Assembly (NCBI GenBank): GCA_051294375.1 | Contig: CM119265.1 | Span: 25,255,132 to 25,319,131 of the forward strand | From: Paraspadella gotoi | Taxonomy: Eukaryota > Animalia > Chaetognatha | Reading direction: 5' to 3' | DNA length: 64,000 nt | Shown here: positions 10,237 to 22,200 of the stretch, piece after piece | Numbering within the stretch: position 1 is the stretch's first letter | Layout: every line of letters begins with the position of its first letter | The notes under the pieces: generated by a model | Told to the model about the DNA's origin: nothing | Seen by the model: the letters and a program-made list of their open reading frames with translations, nothing else | The model's database searches: none | Made by a program: the position numbers and the translations under genes

Positions 10237-12869
10237 GGGTCACAAAAGTTCGCCAATTCGCCGGGAGACGTCGTCCGGTCATTCGTGGCACCAGTTTTTC
10301 CCACAACTCGTACATGATCCTGCGCGAAGGTTAAAATGTTGTGATGGTAAGAAAATGGTACAACGAATATAAAATTATCCATTCATCAATAAATAAGCTA
10401 TCTTGCCCCTGACTTAAACAGGGCTTGTGGTTTAAGGCCTCCATAATTCTTACAAGAATTCGTTTAGCTTTTTAAGTCATTTAGATTCACATGTAACATC
10501 TGACTTAATTGATAAATTGATTTCATTTGATTCGGCCCCCGAAATAAAAACTGACTTTTTGTTTTTCGTGAGATGGCCGAAGATAGAGGTCTCTGCTTTG
10601 GGTCCCGTGAATCGGCCCATGACTTTTCCGGACGCGATTTCGTAGACAGAATTGAACCTTTGATAATTCGCTCCGGCCTTTCCGGCGAGGAGACCTGGTG
10701 AGGGACAGGGTAAGTGTGAGAGAAGGGTAAGGTTGAGTTGACGGAAGGTAGGATGGAGAAGGGAGGGAGAGAGGGGGAAAATGTTTAGAGAAGGAAGAAG
10801 AGGGGGGAAAAAAAGGGAAAAAAAAGGAGAAATAAGTATGGAAAGAATGAAAATAGTAAAAGAAAGAGAAATACAAGTGAAGAAAGATAAAGATGAAAAA
10901 TGGAAGGTGGAATATATAGATGATAAGACTTCGGAGGAAAACGAACCGAGGAAATGAGGATAAGGTGACATTGTTAAAGGAACCTTCGTTCTCTCTTATT
11001 ACAAATGGTATAAGAATAAAGAAGCGTCTCAACATCCGTACATTGCTACCAGAAGACGAGGGAAAAAAAAAACAAATAAATCTCTTAAGTAGAAAACACT
11101 GGGTCGTCAAAACATATGTAGTGGAAAGAGGGAGAAATGGAGAAGGAAGAAAGGAAAAGGCCAAGAGAAAAAGAAAATGGGGAAAAGAAAGATAAAAAAA
11201 GGGAAAAGAAAATACAGAAGAAAGTGTTTAAAGATTAAGTAAAAAGGCAAGAAGAAGAAAAGTACGCAGTATGAAATAGTAGGACATATATGAAAATTTT
11301 GGCCAAAAAATAAAACTATAAAATTTTTAAAAGGTGTGGGAGGAAAAATGAAATGGAACGAACGAAAATGCCAGAGAATAAAAATGAAAACGAATGAAAA
11401 GAAAAAGTCGGGCACAGAAAAGTATAGTCGAAAGATAGAAAGAAGACAGAAAAGAAACAGAACCGAGGACATTTTGTTATCGATGCGTCGGTGGCGAATT
11501 GCTCCTTAAAAAAATACTTGATTAGCAAAACTCCGTTGCCATCAGCTCCAGCAATTGATCCCAGCTCCATCAGCTCCAGCAATTGATCCCAAATCCATCT
11601 CACCCGTGATGTAGAAATCGTCGACCCAGAAAAACTTGGTCTCGAAGGAAACGTTGTACATTTTGGCGACAATGTCGGTCGACATGATGTAGGCTGATCC
11701 CGAACAGTAGGGTGGGTAAAAGTCTTCCGCAAATTCGGACTTTGAGATGAACCACTTTGATTTGGGTTCTCGAACCACCTAGTGATAGTCGGGGGGAGTA
11801 GGGGGTGGAAACAATTGAGTAAATTAAAGGAAAGATTAAAGATTAGGGGAATAAGAAAGAAACTAGGGAAAGGGAAGAGACGAAAACACTTGAAAAATAA
11901 AGGAAAGGGAAGAGGAAATATAATAAAAGACAAGGAAAAAAAGAAAAGTATATGGGAAAACAACAAAAGAAACAAAAGCGAGGAAAGTCGTGGAAAAAAG
12001 AGGAAGGGTGAGGAAAGGAAAGGTGAGGAAAGGAAAGGAAAGGCGAGGAAAGGAAAGGAAAGGAAAGGCTAGGAAAGGAAAGGCGAGGAAAAGAAAGGAA
12101 GGGCGAAGAAAGGCGAGGAAAGTAAAGTAAAGGACAAATAGGATAAGAAAAGCAAAGGAAGGGCGAGGAAAGGAAAAGAAGGGCGAGGAAAGGAAAGGTA
12201 AAAAAAAGTTCCCAAGAAAAAAAAGATAAATCGACAGATGCAATAAAAAACAGAAAATACGTAGAGTCTTGCAGTTGAAAAAAAAAATAGAGAGAAAAAA
12301 TAATGAAAGGCGAAATGATATGAGTAAAAGGAGAGAAAATGATTAGTAAAGATGAAGACGATTAATGAGGTCCTTGAGGAAAACCGATTTTTTTTTCTTG
12401 GGAGACGCGAATTTTGAATTTTTGAGGAAACGATGAATCTTTTTCTTCGGATCTCGAGGTTTTTTTTTTTTTCTACGTCATCAATTCCAGATCTTTTTTC
12501 TCTATCATTTCTCTTTCCTCAGTTTTCTTTTATTCTTTTCTCTATTCTCCCATTCCACCCTTTTTCTTTTCTCTTTTTTCTCTCTTTTACCTTCCTTTTT
12601 CTTGCCTTTTTTTCTCATTTTCATATCTTGTTCTTTTCTACTATTTTTCCCCTTTTTCTTTTCTATTTTCCCCTTTTTTCTCTTCTCTTTTTCCTCCATT
12701 TTTCTTTTCTCTTTTCCCCCTTTCCCTTCTCTTTTTCCTCCCTTGATTTTCTTTTCTTCCTCCCTTTATTTTCTTTGTTCGTTCTACCGGAAGTCTCTTC
12801 GTTCGCGTTTTCATTTCATCTTTCTTCTTCTCCGCTCAGAAGCTTTTTCCTTGATTTAAACACACACAC

Positions 12870-12907
<38 letters not shown>

Positions 12908-13258
12908 ATTCAATTCGATTCTCCCACTTCCTTTCCTCTCTCCCTCTCTAACCGGCACAAACTCAGACCGCTTCGACTATTTCTCTTTACTTGAAGATTT
13001 TCTTGAGCTCTTTTCACACTCGATGCTTCGGGAAATTCCTTCGCCTCACAAAACATGAGATTCTCTTCTTGCCAACTTGGTGTCTCTGTCTCTCACTGTC
13101 ACTCTCTGCCATTCTAGATGTCTTGCATGTCTGTCCCTCTCTCTCTCTCTCTAGCACTCAAACTTGATGTCACGTCCTCGTATTCTGTGCTCTTTTTCTT
13201 GCTCGCGAGCTCAATCTATCGCTTACTCTTGCAGTCTCTCTGCCGACTATTTGCAATC

Positions 13259-13297
<39 letters not shown>

Positions 13298-16200
13298 ATT
13301 GCGTTTTCCTCGAATGATTTAATTCCTTTATCCAGGCCTGCGACGTTACGAATAATATTTTCCGTCATGTATTCTTTACGCTTTTTCTCTTTTTTTTTCA
13401 TTTTTATTTTCTATCTTCCTTTATTTTCTTTTTTCCTTTCTCCTTCCTTCCTTCCACCTCACCTTAATATCTCACGAGCGGCCTTCGCAGTCGGTTTCAC
13501 GTGAATCGTGAACTTACTCTCACTTACTTTCTCCCCGACTGATTAGATTACCTCCGCCTTTTTTTTGGCGATCCCCCTTAATCCAACGCAGTAAACCGCC
13601 TTACTTAATCCGCTTTCCTTCCACGCCAAAACTAACGTCGCCCCGGCTAATCCTATTTTAACCTAACCATAGCCGTTTCTAAAAATAACTCCTTGCAATG
13701 GCCGCTTTATAAATCCCTTCGTTCCATAAATTATTCCTTTTTCCTATTAAATATTACTTTCCTTCTTTCTACAACATCTTCTCCTCGGTGGCTGTGGTAT
13801 TCCTCCCACACGGGATTCCTCCCACACAGCGGGATCCTCCCCAATGGGATTTCCTCCCACAACGGGGATTTCCTCCAACACGGGATTCCTCCCGCGGGAT
13901 TCCTCCCACACGGACTTTCCTCCCCAAGGAATTCCTCCACACAGCGGGATTCTCCCCATGAATTCCTCCCCATAGAATTCCTCCCACACGGGGATTTCCT
14001 CCCACACGGATTCCTCCCCAAAGAATCCTATCCCCAGCGGGAATTCCTACCCACGCGGGATTCCTCCACACGGGATTCCTCCCACGTGGGATTCATCCCA
14101 CACGGGGATCCTCCACACGGGATTCCTCCACAGCGGGATTCCTCCCACACGGGATTCCTCCCACACGGGATTCCTCCCACGCGGATTCCTCCCACACGGG
14201 ATTCCTCCCACACGGATTACTCCACACGGGATCCTCCACGCGGGATTCCTCCTCCGGTCCACACCGGGATTACTCCCACACAGGATTCCTCCCACACGGG
14301 ATTCCTCCCACACGGGATTCTCCACACGGGATTCCTCCACCAACAACGGGATTCCTCCCACACGGGGATTCCTCCCCACAGGATTCTCCACACGGGATTC
14401 CTCCCACACGCGATTCCCTCCCACATGGGATTCCTCCCCTTAAATTGTGATTAACTTTCTTGTTGCATGTTCTTGTTTTCAAGGAAAAAAATTGATTCAT
14501 TAAAATAAAATTTTGTGTGTGGGTAGGAAAGTATGTGATAAAGCTGAATATAATTTTTTATGTAATCGTAGTTGTTAAGAGAGGTCCGATTGCGCATGCG
14601 TGAAATCTGCGTCGTAAACGTAACATGATCTTGCTTAGCGTTCGGTCAAGGATTTAAAAGGTTGCACTGATTTGAACGCGCCCAGGATTCAACGCCTGCG
14701 GACAAGAGATTAATAATTTTTCACAACTCCCCGGAGAATGCCTACTAAGTATTGTTATTGACAATGAACATGAGAAAAATGTTTTGTTATGTTTATTACT
14801 GTTACTGAAGGTTTTTAACTCTACACTACAGTCACCGTTATCCTCAAACATGGCGCGTTCTGGAGTCAGGGGAAATTCTAGTGCTGGGCTATGACAGTAA
14901 CTAAATATTAAAAACTTAATAATGTCATAATTACGGGGATTAACAATTAAACTAAACTATAATTCTAAATTCAACAATTAAAAACTCTAACTAAACACTA
15001 AATTAACCGAGAGCCAGCAGCAGCAGAGCGGCAGATCATACCTTGAGNNNNNNNNNNNNNNNNNNNNNNNNNNNNNNNNNNNNNNNNNNNNNNNNNNNNN
15101 NNNNNNNNNNNNNNNNNNNNNNNNNNNNNNNNNNNNNNNNNNNNNNNNNNNNNNNNNNNNNNNNNNNNNNNNNNNNNNNNNNNNNNNNNNNNNNNNNNNN
15201 NNNNNNNNNNNNNNNNNNNNNNNNNNNNNNNNNNNNNNNNNNNNNNNNNNNNNNNNNNNNNNNNNNNNNNNNNNNNNNNNNNNNNNNNNNNNNNAATATT
15301 GAAAAAAGAATTATACTTTGTATAGAAAACTTTTTATAAACTATCTGAATCTGCTTATAAAAATACAAAATTTAAAAAAAAAAATTTTGACATTTCCTAT
15401 CTATAAATAAATATTAAAAAATTAATTACTAATGCTTCTAGCCATTTTAGAAAATTTTGATCCATTGAAAGTTTTCTCAGAAATGTATGAAGTTTCATTT
15501 GGAAAGGTTCCCAAATAAAACTTCTGACCCACCCCATTGACAAAGTTTGGCTCTACCTATAGGCACGACACCCTTCAGTCAGAACCCGTAGACTCATTGA
15601 CTATCAGGTACCGGGATCGATCCCCAACGATACCTACCCTGCGGGAAGCATGAGGGGGCCTGGAAAACCCTCAAGTTTGCTTCTAAGCTCAGAACCCGTT
15701 CCATTGCTGCCGAGGAGGCACTGAAGATACCGATAAAAGTCTTATCGCATCCACACGCTCTCCCGTCACGCCAAACAACTCCCAACGTCTCTCCTTAGTC
15801 CTTACCCCACCTCACCTTTCCAACCCTCCCACCCACAGCCCTTCACCCATCTACGCATTCCTTCTCGCTTTCCGCTCATCGACCGACACTTTACTCTCCG
15901 CTTAACTTGTGTTTCTCTTTCTATTTGTTCTGTTGCGTCGGTTTCTCGATTCCGCTTTCTATCGGTTACGGCGCCCTCGCGCGTCTCTCTCTCTCTCTCT
16001 TTCTTTCTCTCTCTCACCTTCATTTTAATCCAGAGATTGCACAGCACGAGATTCGCTTGTCCAACACCGTATCGATCGATGTTACGCAAATGCTGTACAT
16101 CAGGGGAAAGGGGAAATAAATTAAAATCGGGAGAATAAAAAATCGAGGGAATGAAGGCAAATTTCGAAACAATAAGAAAATGGGATCTATTTTTCCACAG

Positions 16201-19200
16201 CACCCCGTTTCAGATCTTTTATCCTAACATTTAACTTTAATATTTAATTTAAATATATATTTTTAACCTTTAACCCTTGTCCTTAACTTTAATCCCTAAT
16301 ATAATCCTTAACCATCAACCAAATTTTAAACTTAAACTTATTCTAATTTATAATTTAAGACGAAATGGGGTCTTCTGGGAAGATAAGACCGGGAGATGGA
16401 CGAACTAAAAGAACAAAAGAGACCCAGCGTAAAATAGACTCGAAAAACTAAAAAAGCCAAAAAATCGGCGATGCTCATGGAGCAATGGCCTGATATGACA
16501 CGTGGTATATGAAACCGTATTTGTCACTTACAGTATAAGTTATACGTTAAATAACTGCCTTTCAATATCTTCTATTGACATTTTTATCACCTTATATCAC
16601 GATTCATTTGACATAACGGTTTTCCTCACGTTTTTTTGCAACGCATATAAAATTTTCCCAGCAGCACAAATTGCCAGAAATGCCAACGACTCACCCTGAG
16701 CAAAGAAAACGTGTTGACGAAAATATCGTCGTCGATTTTGAGTACGTAACGCGCACCGCGACAATAATTCGTTACCCATTTGAGCCCTGCGATCGCTTTC
16801 AGCGTCAAATTTCTGCGGGAGGAGAGGGGGGGGGGTAGAGAAAGTAATTTATTACTCGACGCTGAGAACGTTTAATTCGTTAGGTATGAAGTTTTTAATT
16901 AGCTTAAACAATTTCATAAAATAAAATATAATTACACTGGTTTCGAGAAAAGAAGGAACACTAATTTTAATATATAAACAAACGTTAAAACATTCAGAAT
17001 CAAATTTTCCGCTCGGATCGTCGTCTTTTTCGAATTCATTTTTTATCCAGGATTTCGTTGTCAAGGAAACCGAAGATTTGTTTTCATCAAGGTCGGAGAA
17101 TTCCTCGTCTTCGTCGTCGACGTCATTTACGCAGTCGTCGTCGTTGTCATCGTCATCGCCGTCGTCTTCATCATCGTCTTGGTAATCGCGGAGCAACTCT
17201 ATAAGACACTTTTCGGTCGGTCTGTCAGTCCGTTGGTATGTCTGTCCGTTGGTCATAGATACACAAACAAAGAAAGTTTTTTAATCATGTCATGTCATGT
17301 CATAGCATAGCCTATGATCATAGAAAAAAATATACGTGAAAATAAATAACTTCGGCGCAACACATTGGAATTACCTTTCTCGTTTTCGGACGTTTTTATC
17401 TTTGTGTTTGTCATCGCGATCGTTAATATCATTATCATTTTCGTCATCGTCGTCCTTTTCTCAATTGCCGGCGTTTTTGTCATCGTCTCTGTCATCGTCA
17501 ACCTCATCCTCATTTTTCTCTAAAGCGCAAGAGGGCGTGGTCGTCAAAACAAAAACCTTTTTCTTCCTCGAAAAACAAATCGGAGGAAAATGAAAAGGTA
17601 AATCTCGCGCGGCCATTTTTTCTCCCGCAGCATCCCGAGTAACAGCGGCGGCCGTAACAGCAGCGGCAGGAGCAAAACGTTAACATTAGAGGAACCCAAC
17701 GTTTGATTCTATTTATGAGGCACAGGAATACTTAAATTTCGCCATCTTTTACAATTCACAGTCTTTAGTTGACTCTTTAATCTCACTTTCAGCTTAATAT
17801 GTTCTTTCAAGTTCACATTTTTTTGTCAATAGACTTGCTTGCTACTGCTTTCGAATTTGTACCGAAATTGTTAAATACCAAGATTGCACATTTAGTTTGC
17901 AGCGAGGAGAAAGAGACGCTACTTTGGCATCGAGCGACGTCGCCCGTTTATCTTTTCTTACTCTATTTATATCAGGTCTCGCCCCCCGCTTATTTGTCAT
18001 TGTAAGGAAACGAATCTGAAAGAAAGAAAAACGATTATTTCTCGTCGCAAAAGATACGAACAAGAAGAACATAGTTTCGTATCGTTTTGGTTTTATTAAA
18101 AAACATACAAGAAAACAATTTACAATTAAATACTGGTAAAATATCTATGTTAAGACGTATGATATTTGATATAAGTTATCTAATATCTATATTTAATAAG
18201 TTTTTGTTAGAGTTTTCTTTCCGCCTTACATTTACAAGCGAAATGGCGTAATACGATTCCTTTTAATATTTCCTTTTTTATCAAAAACATTTTCTTTTCG
18301 ATTAAAATTCGTTTCCTCCTTACAAATAAAATATCGAATTCCCACAACCGAAAATAAGAAAAATTTAAAAAAAAGAGGGGGAAAAAAAATAAAAGAAAGG
18401 ATTGTAATTTCCGCTTAAGTTTTCCTCGTTGGTATAAAAAAAAACATAAGATGGGAGTAAAAGAGGGAAAATATTGAATATTCGCTCGAGATCTAATGGG
18501 ATTTCTGTCAGAAAGAAAGGAGGTGGCGGAGAGAGGGGGAGGTAGAAGAGGGAAAAAATAGGGGGTAAAGGATTAAGGCGAGGAAAGTGGAGCCCATCGG
18601 GAAAAGAAAAGGAAGGGTACAAAAAGGTTTAAGAGGGGAGGGGGAAGAGGAAAAAGGAGAGGGGTACAAAAAGGTTTAAGAGGGGAAGGGAAGAGGAAAA
18701 GAAGAGGGGTACAAAAAGGTTTAAGAGGGGAAGGGAAGAGAAAAAGGAAGGGGTACAAAAAGGTTTAAGAGGGGAAGGGAAGAGGAAAAGGAGAGCGGTA
18801 CAAAAAGGTTTAAGAGGGGAAGGGAAAGGAAAAGGAGAGGGGTACAAAAAGGTTTAAGAGGGGAAGGGAAGAGGAAAAGAAGAGGGGTACAAAAGGTTTA
18901 AGAGGGAAGGGAAGAGAAAAAGGAGAGGGGTACAAAAAAGGTTTATAGGAGGAGAAGAGATTGGTTTAGAGTCAAAGTTTAGGCTGGTCCAAGGAATGGC
19001 GGGAACAAAGCGAAAAAAATTGGGGGGGGGGTAAGAGTATGTGGATATATCACGTCAGGCTGACCAGGTGGATAAGGCGCTAAGTGGTTGAAGACTACTA
19101 TCCGTAACTTCTATGCCCTCCAGCAGCCATGGAACGGTCCTGGGCTGGAACCAGGATTGAGGGTTTTCCAGGCCCTCGAGAGGCGGTTTACGGCCGTCCT

Positions 19201-22200
19201 CACGCTTCCCCGAGGGTTGGTACCGAGTTGGGATTGACCCGATACCCAGTTGAGCTGATGGCTTTATCAATGAGCCACAGGGTCACGACCGAAGGTGTCA
19301 TGCTTATAGGCGGGTTGAACTTAGGCAATGCCCGACCACAAGTATAACTGTAGGGAGTAAATAGAGAAACTGGTGAGCAGAGGGCCAGATGGACGGAGAG
19401 AAGGTGTAGAAACTAGAAAGTATAAAATATAAGACAAAGGGTGACGAGAAAGGAGGCGAGAAAAATTGGGAGTAGAGAAGAGAAAATGGTTGGAAGGTGG
19501 AGGGGGCGAGGGGGCGAAAGGCGAGGGAGCGGGGGCGAGGGTGGGGGACAGCACTCGTAAATATGATAAAGAAAAACGAAAAGATCCGGAGATTGCGGTT
19601 GCATTAGCCATTAGTTTGAGTGGACCGGGGGCGAAGGGGGGGAAGGAGGAAGTAGGAGACCGAGAGACAGATAGAATTGAGAGGAAAGATAGAGATAGAG
19701 ATAAACAAATATCGATTGTATATATTTTTAAACAATTTTACGAAAGGAAATCAAGATCGACGAATTACAAGTGTTTATGTCCAACATAAAATAAAGTTAA
19801 GTTATAGATGAACATTGAAAGTTTATTTTATTTGAAGATTAACTCTTGAATTCGAAGTCCCAAGACTTAACAGGTGCCAAAAAAAAATGGTTTGAAGGAG
19901 CGCGTCTGACTCAGAGGCAGATGCAATCAAGTTCGATGCCTGCAACTGCAAACGTCGGCGTCATCGGTGCCACTTTCGGTCAAATTGAAGTGGACGCCGC
20001 AAGGAATACAAATTTCAGGCGGCGGGTGGTCGGTCTTTCGGTCGGCGTTAGTCTGACACTCGAAAAGATTTGGGTTTTCGTTGACCATTTGAAAATTCGT
20101 TTTATTATAAAAAGACTGTACATACAACTTTATAAGGTTGACAGACGACAATTTTTTTTTCCGAGATCTAGATTAAATGTGAATGCTGCCAATTGTAACA
20201 AAGCAAAATGAGGCGTCTTGCCAAACATTTTATCTTTTCTTCTTTTTCTTTGGTGTTATCTTACCACATCTCTTTTCCCACCTCTCTTTTTCCACCTCTC
20301 TTTTGTCCTCTTCTCCAAAGAAAAATCTCCCCAAAAATTCAATCGTAAAACGAAAAAAAAAAAAGAAAATAAAACCGAGAAAGTTTTTATGGAAGAAAAG
20401 CGACGACGTCTGACGGTGACATCTGCAGCCGAAATTTATCGAGAAGTCTATCGAAACATCTGTGAAATCATCCGTGGAAACATCTAAGGCCGATTATGTC
20501 TCATCTTTTTTCCTATTTTGACAACGAAATCTTGGAGAGGAATTTCTCTCTAATCTTCTTTTAGTTCTAGATTTACTAGAGATAAAACATGAAGCCGACG
20601 TCTTTGCCTCATTTGCAATTACAATTATTACCAAATTAATATTTAATTATTAATTAACACAACCCAATTGAGAATACCAAAACCTGAAACCTTTAGAGTC
20701 CATATGCCCAAAGTTTTTCCTCAATGCCAAAAATTAAAAGAATACCCCCCCTCCGGCAAAATTCCCAAAATTGCTCCAAATTGCCCCAAATTCTCCTGAA
20801 ACTTTTCTGCAAAATGTCCAGAATGCCCCAATTGTTCGCCAAAATATTTTGCAAAATTCTCCATATGCCACACATAGCGCCGTCTCCAATAGCCAATGAC
20901 TTCGAACGCCCCCACAACCACCGCCAACAACCTGTAAGAATCGTGAAATGTTTCCTGGACGATGTCTCCGAAACCGGCTCGATCTTCCTTCAGCCTCTTC
21001 TGGACGGCGACATCGGGGGTGGCGCCCATCATGAAGACGATCCTTGTGTCGCGGAAGATGGTGACGTTGCCCCACGTGTTGCGGATGGCTGGAGGGGTGG
21101 GGAGGGATGGGGTTTAATAATTACCTCAATAAAATATTACTATCATATCTGTGAATGGTTAAATCATTTTCATTGAAGATAGATTTTCTATAAAGCTTTT
21201 TGAGTAACTCGAGTGTAACTCCTCTTTTCCACCTTCTTTCTTTTTCCATCACCCATCTTTTCCATTACCCCCTATTTTCCAACTCATTCTTTATCCACCA
21301 CGCCCTCTTTTCCACCTCCCCTTTTTCCACAACCCCCACTTTTCAACAACCCCCTCTTTTCCATCATCTTTTCTTTTCCATCACCACTTTTTCCATCACC
21401 AATCTTTTCCATTACCCCCTATTTTCCACCACGCCCTCTTTCCACCTCCCCTTTTTCCAAAACCCCCATTTTTCCACAACTACCTCTTTTCCATCATCTT
21501 TTCTTTTCCATCACCACTTTTTCCATCACCCATCTTTTCCATTACCCCCTATTTTCAAACTCATTCTTTTTCCACCACACCCTATTTTCCACCACGCCCT
21601 CTTTTTCATCATCTTTCTTTTCCATCACCACTTTTTCAATCACCCATCTTTTTTCACCACCCCTCTTTTCCATCACCGAGTGTGATCCTTATTTATACCG
21701 GAGATTAAATTTTACTTCTCCTTTTATCGTCGCACGAACGTCGAGAGAAAAGAGAAAAAAAAATGTGAGAAATAATAAAATATAAATAAAAAAAACAATC
21801 GAAGAAGCATAAGAGCCTTAAAATGAAAAATAGAGAGAGAGGACAGGTTGGAGGGTGAGAGGGAGTGGAGAGTGGAGAGAGAGAGAGAGGGAGAAGAGAT
21901 GAAAGGAGGGAAAAAGGAAAGAATGAGATCTGTGGCTGACAACAAATGTGAAACATCGAAAAGATCCTGTGGGAAGAAAATGGGAATCTTAATATGTTGA
22001 ATCAGCGACTGGTGTACATATTTCGTCTTAAGTATCATAAGTGTATACTAAAATTTGCTCCTTATTCTTAATAATAATTTGCGTTTATACTAAAATCTTT
22101 CAATCACAATTATGCATTGTGAAAAAAACACTATTTTAAATCAATATTCACCATCACTTACGCCGACCACTTTTATCTTGGCCCTCATCACAATTCGCAC

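Larger units (their letters stand above)
6846..11255. repeat. Right arm of the inverted duplication; contains the reading-frame-intact 3' exons of the GT31 gene
   Basis: Reverse-complement match to 1781-6421; GT31 exon frames are intact in this arm. Confidence 0.95.

Noticed and set aside
13693-14500. 253-aa ORF and overlapping ORFs; CRISPR-like appearance
   Set aside because: This is a pure 16-18-bp minisatellite with no unique spacers, in a eukaryotic intron with no cas genes.
14654-14851. 2A-like NPG motif (LLISCPQALNPGR / LLSAGVE) suggesting a LINE ORF start
   Set aside because: It does not fit DxExNPGP without invoking a deletion, and no downstream endonuclease sequence is visible.
19180-19270. 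HDV-like ribozyme fold in the 290-bp repeat (gccgtcctcacg ... ctgatggcttta)
   Set aside because: L3 would be only 4-6 nt and no P1 helix can be formed.
19927-20151. 74-aa Cys-containing ORF in GT31 intron 3
   Set aside because: No recognisable motif, and the exon 3 to exon 4 junction (DSYRNLTLK) is already complete without it.
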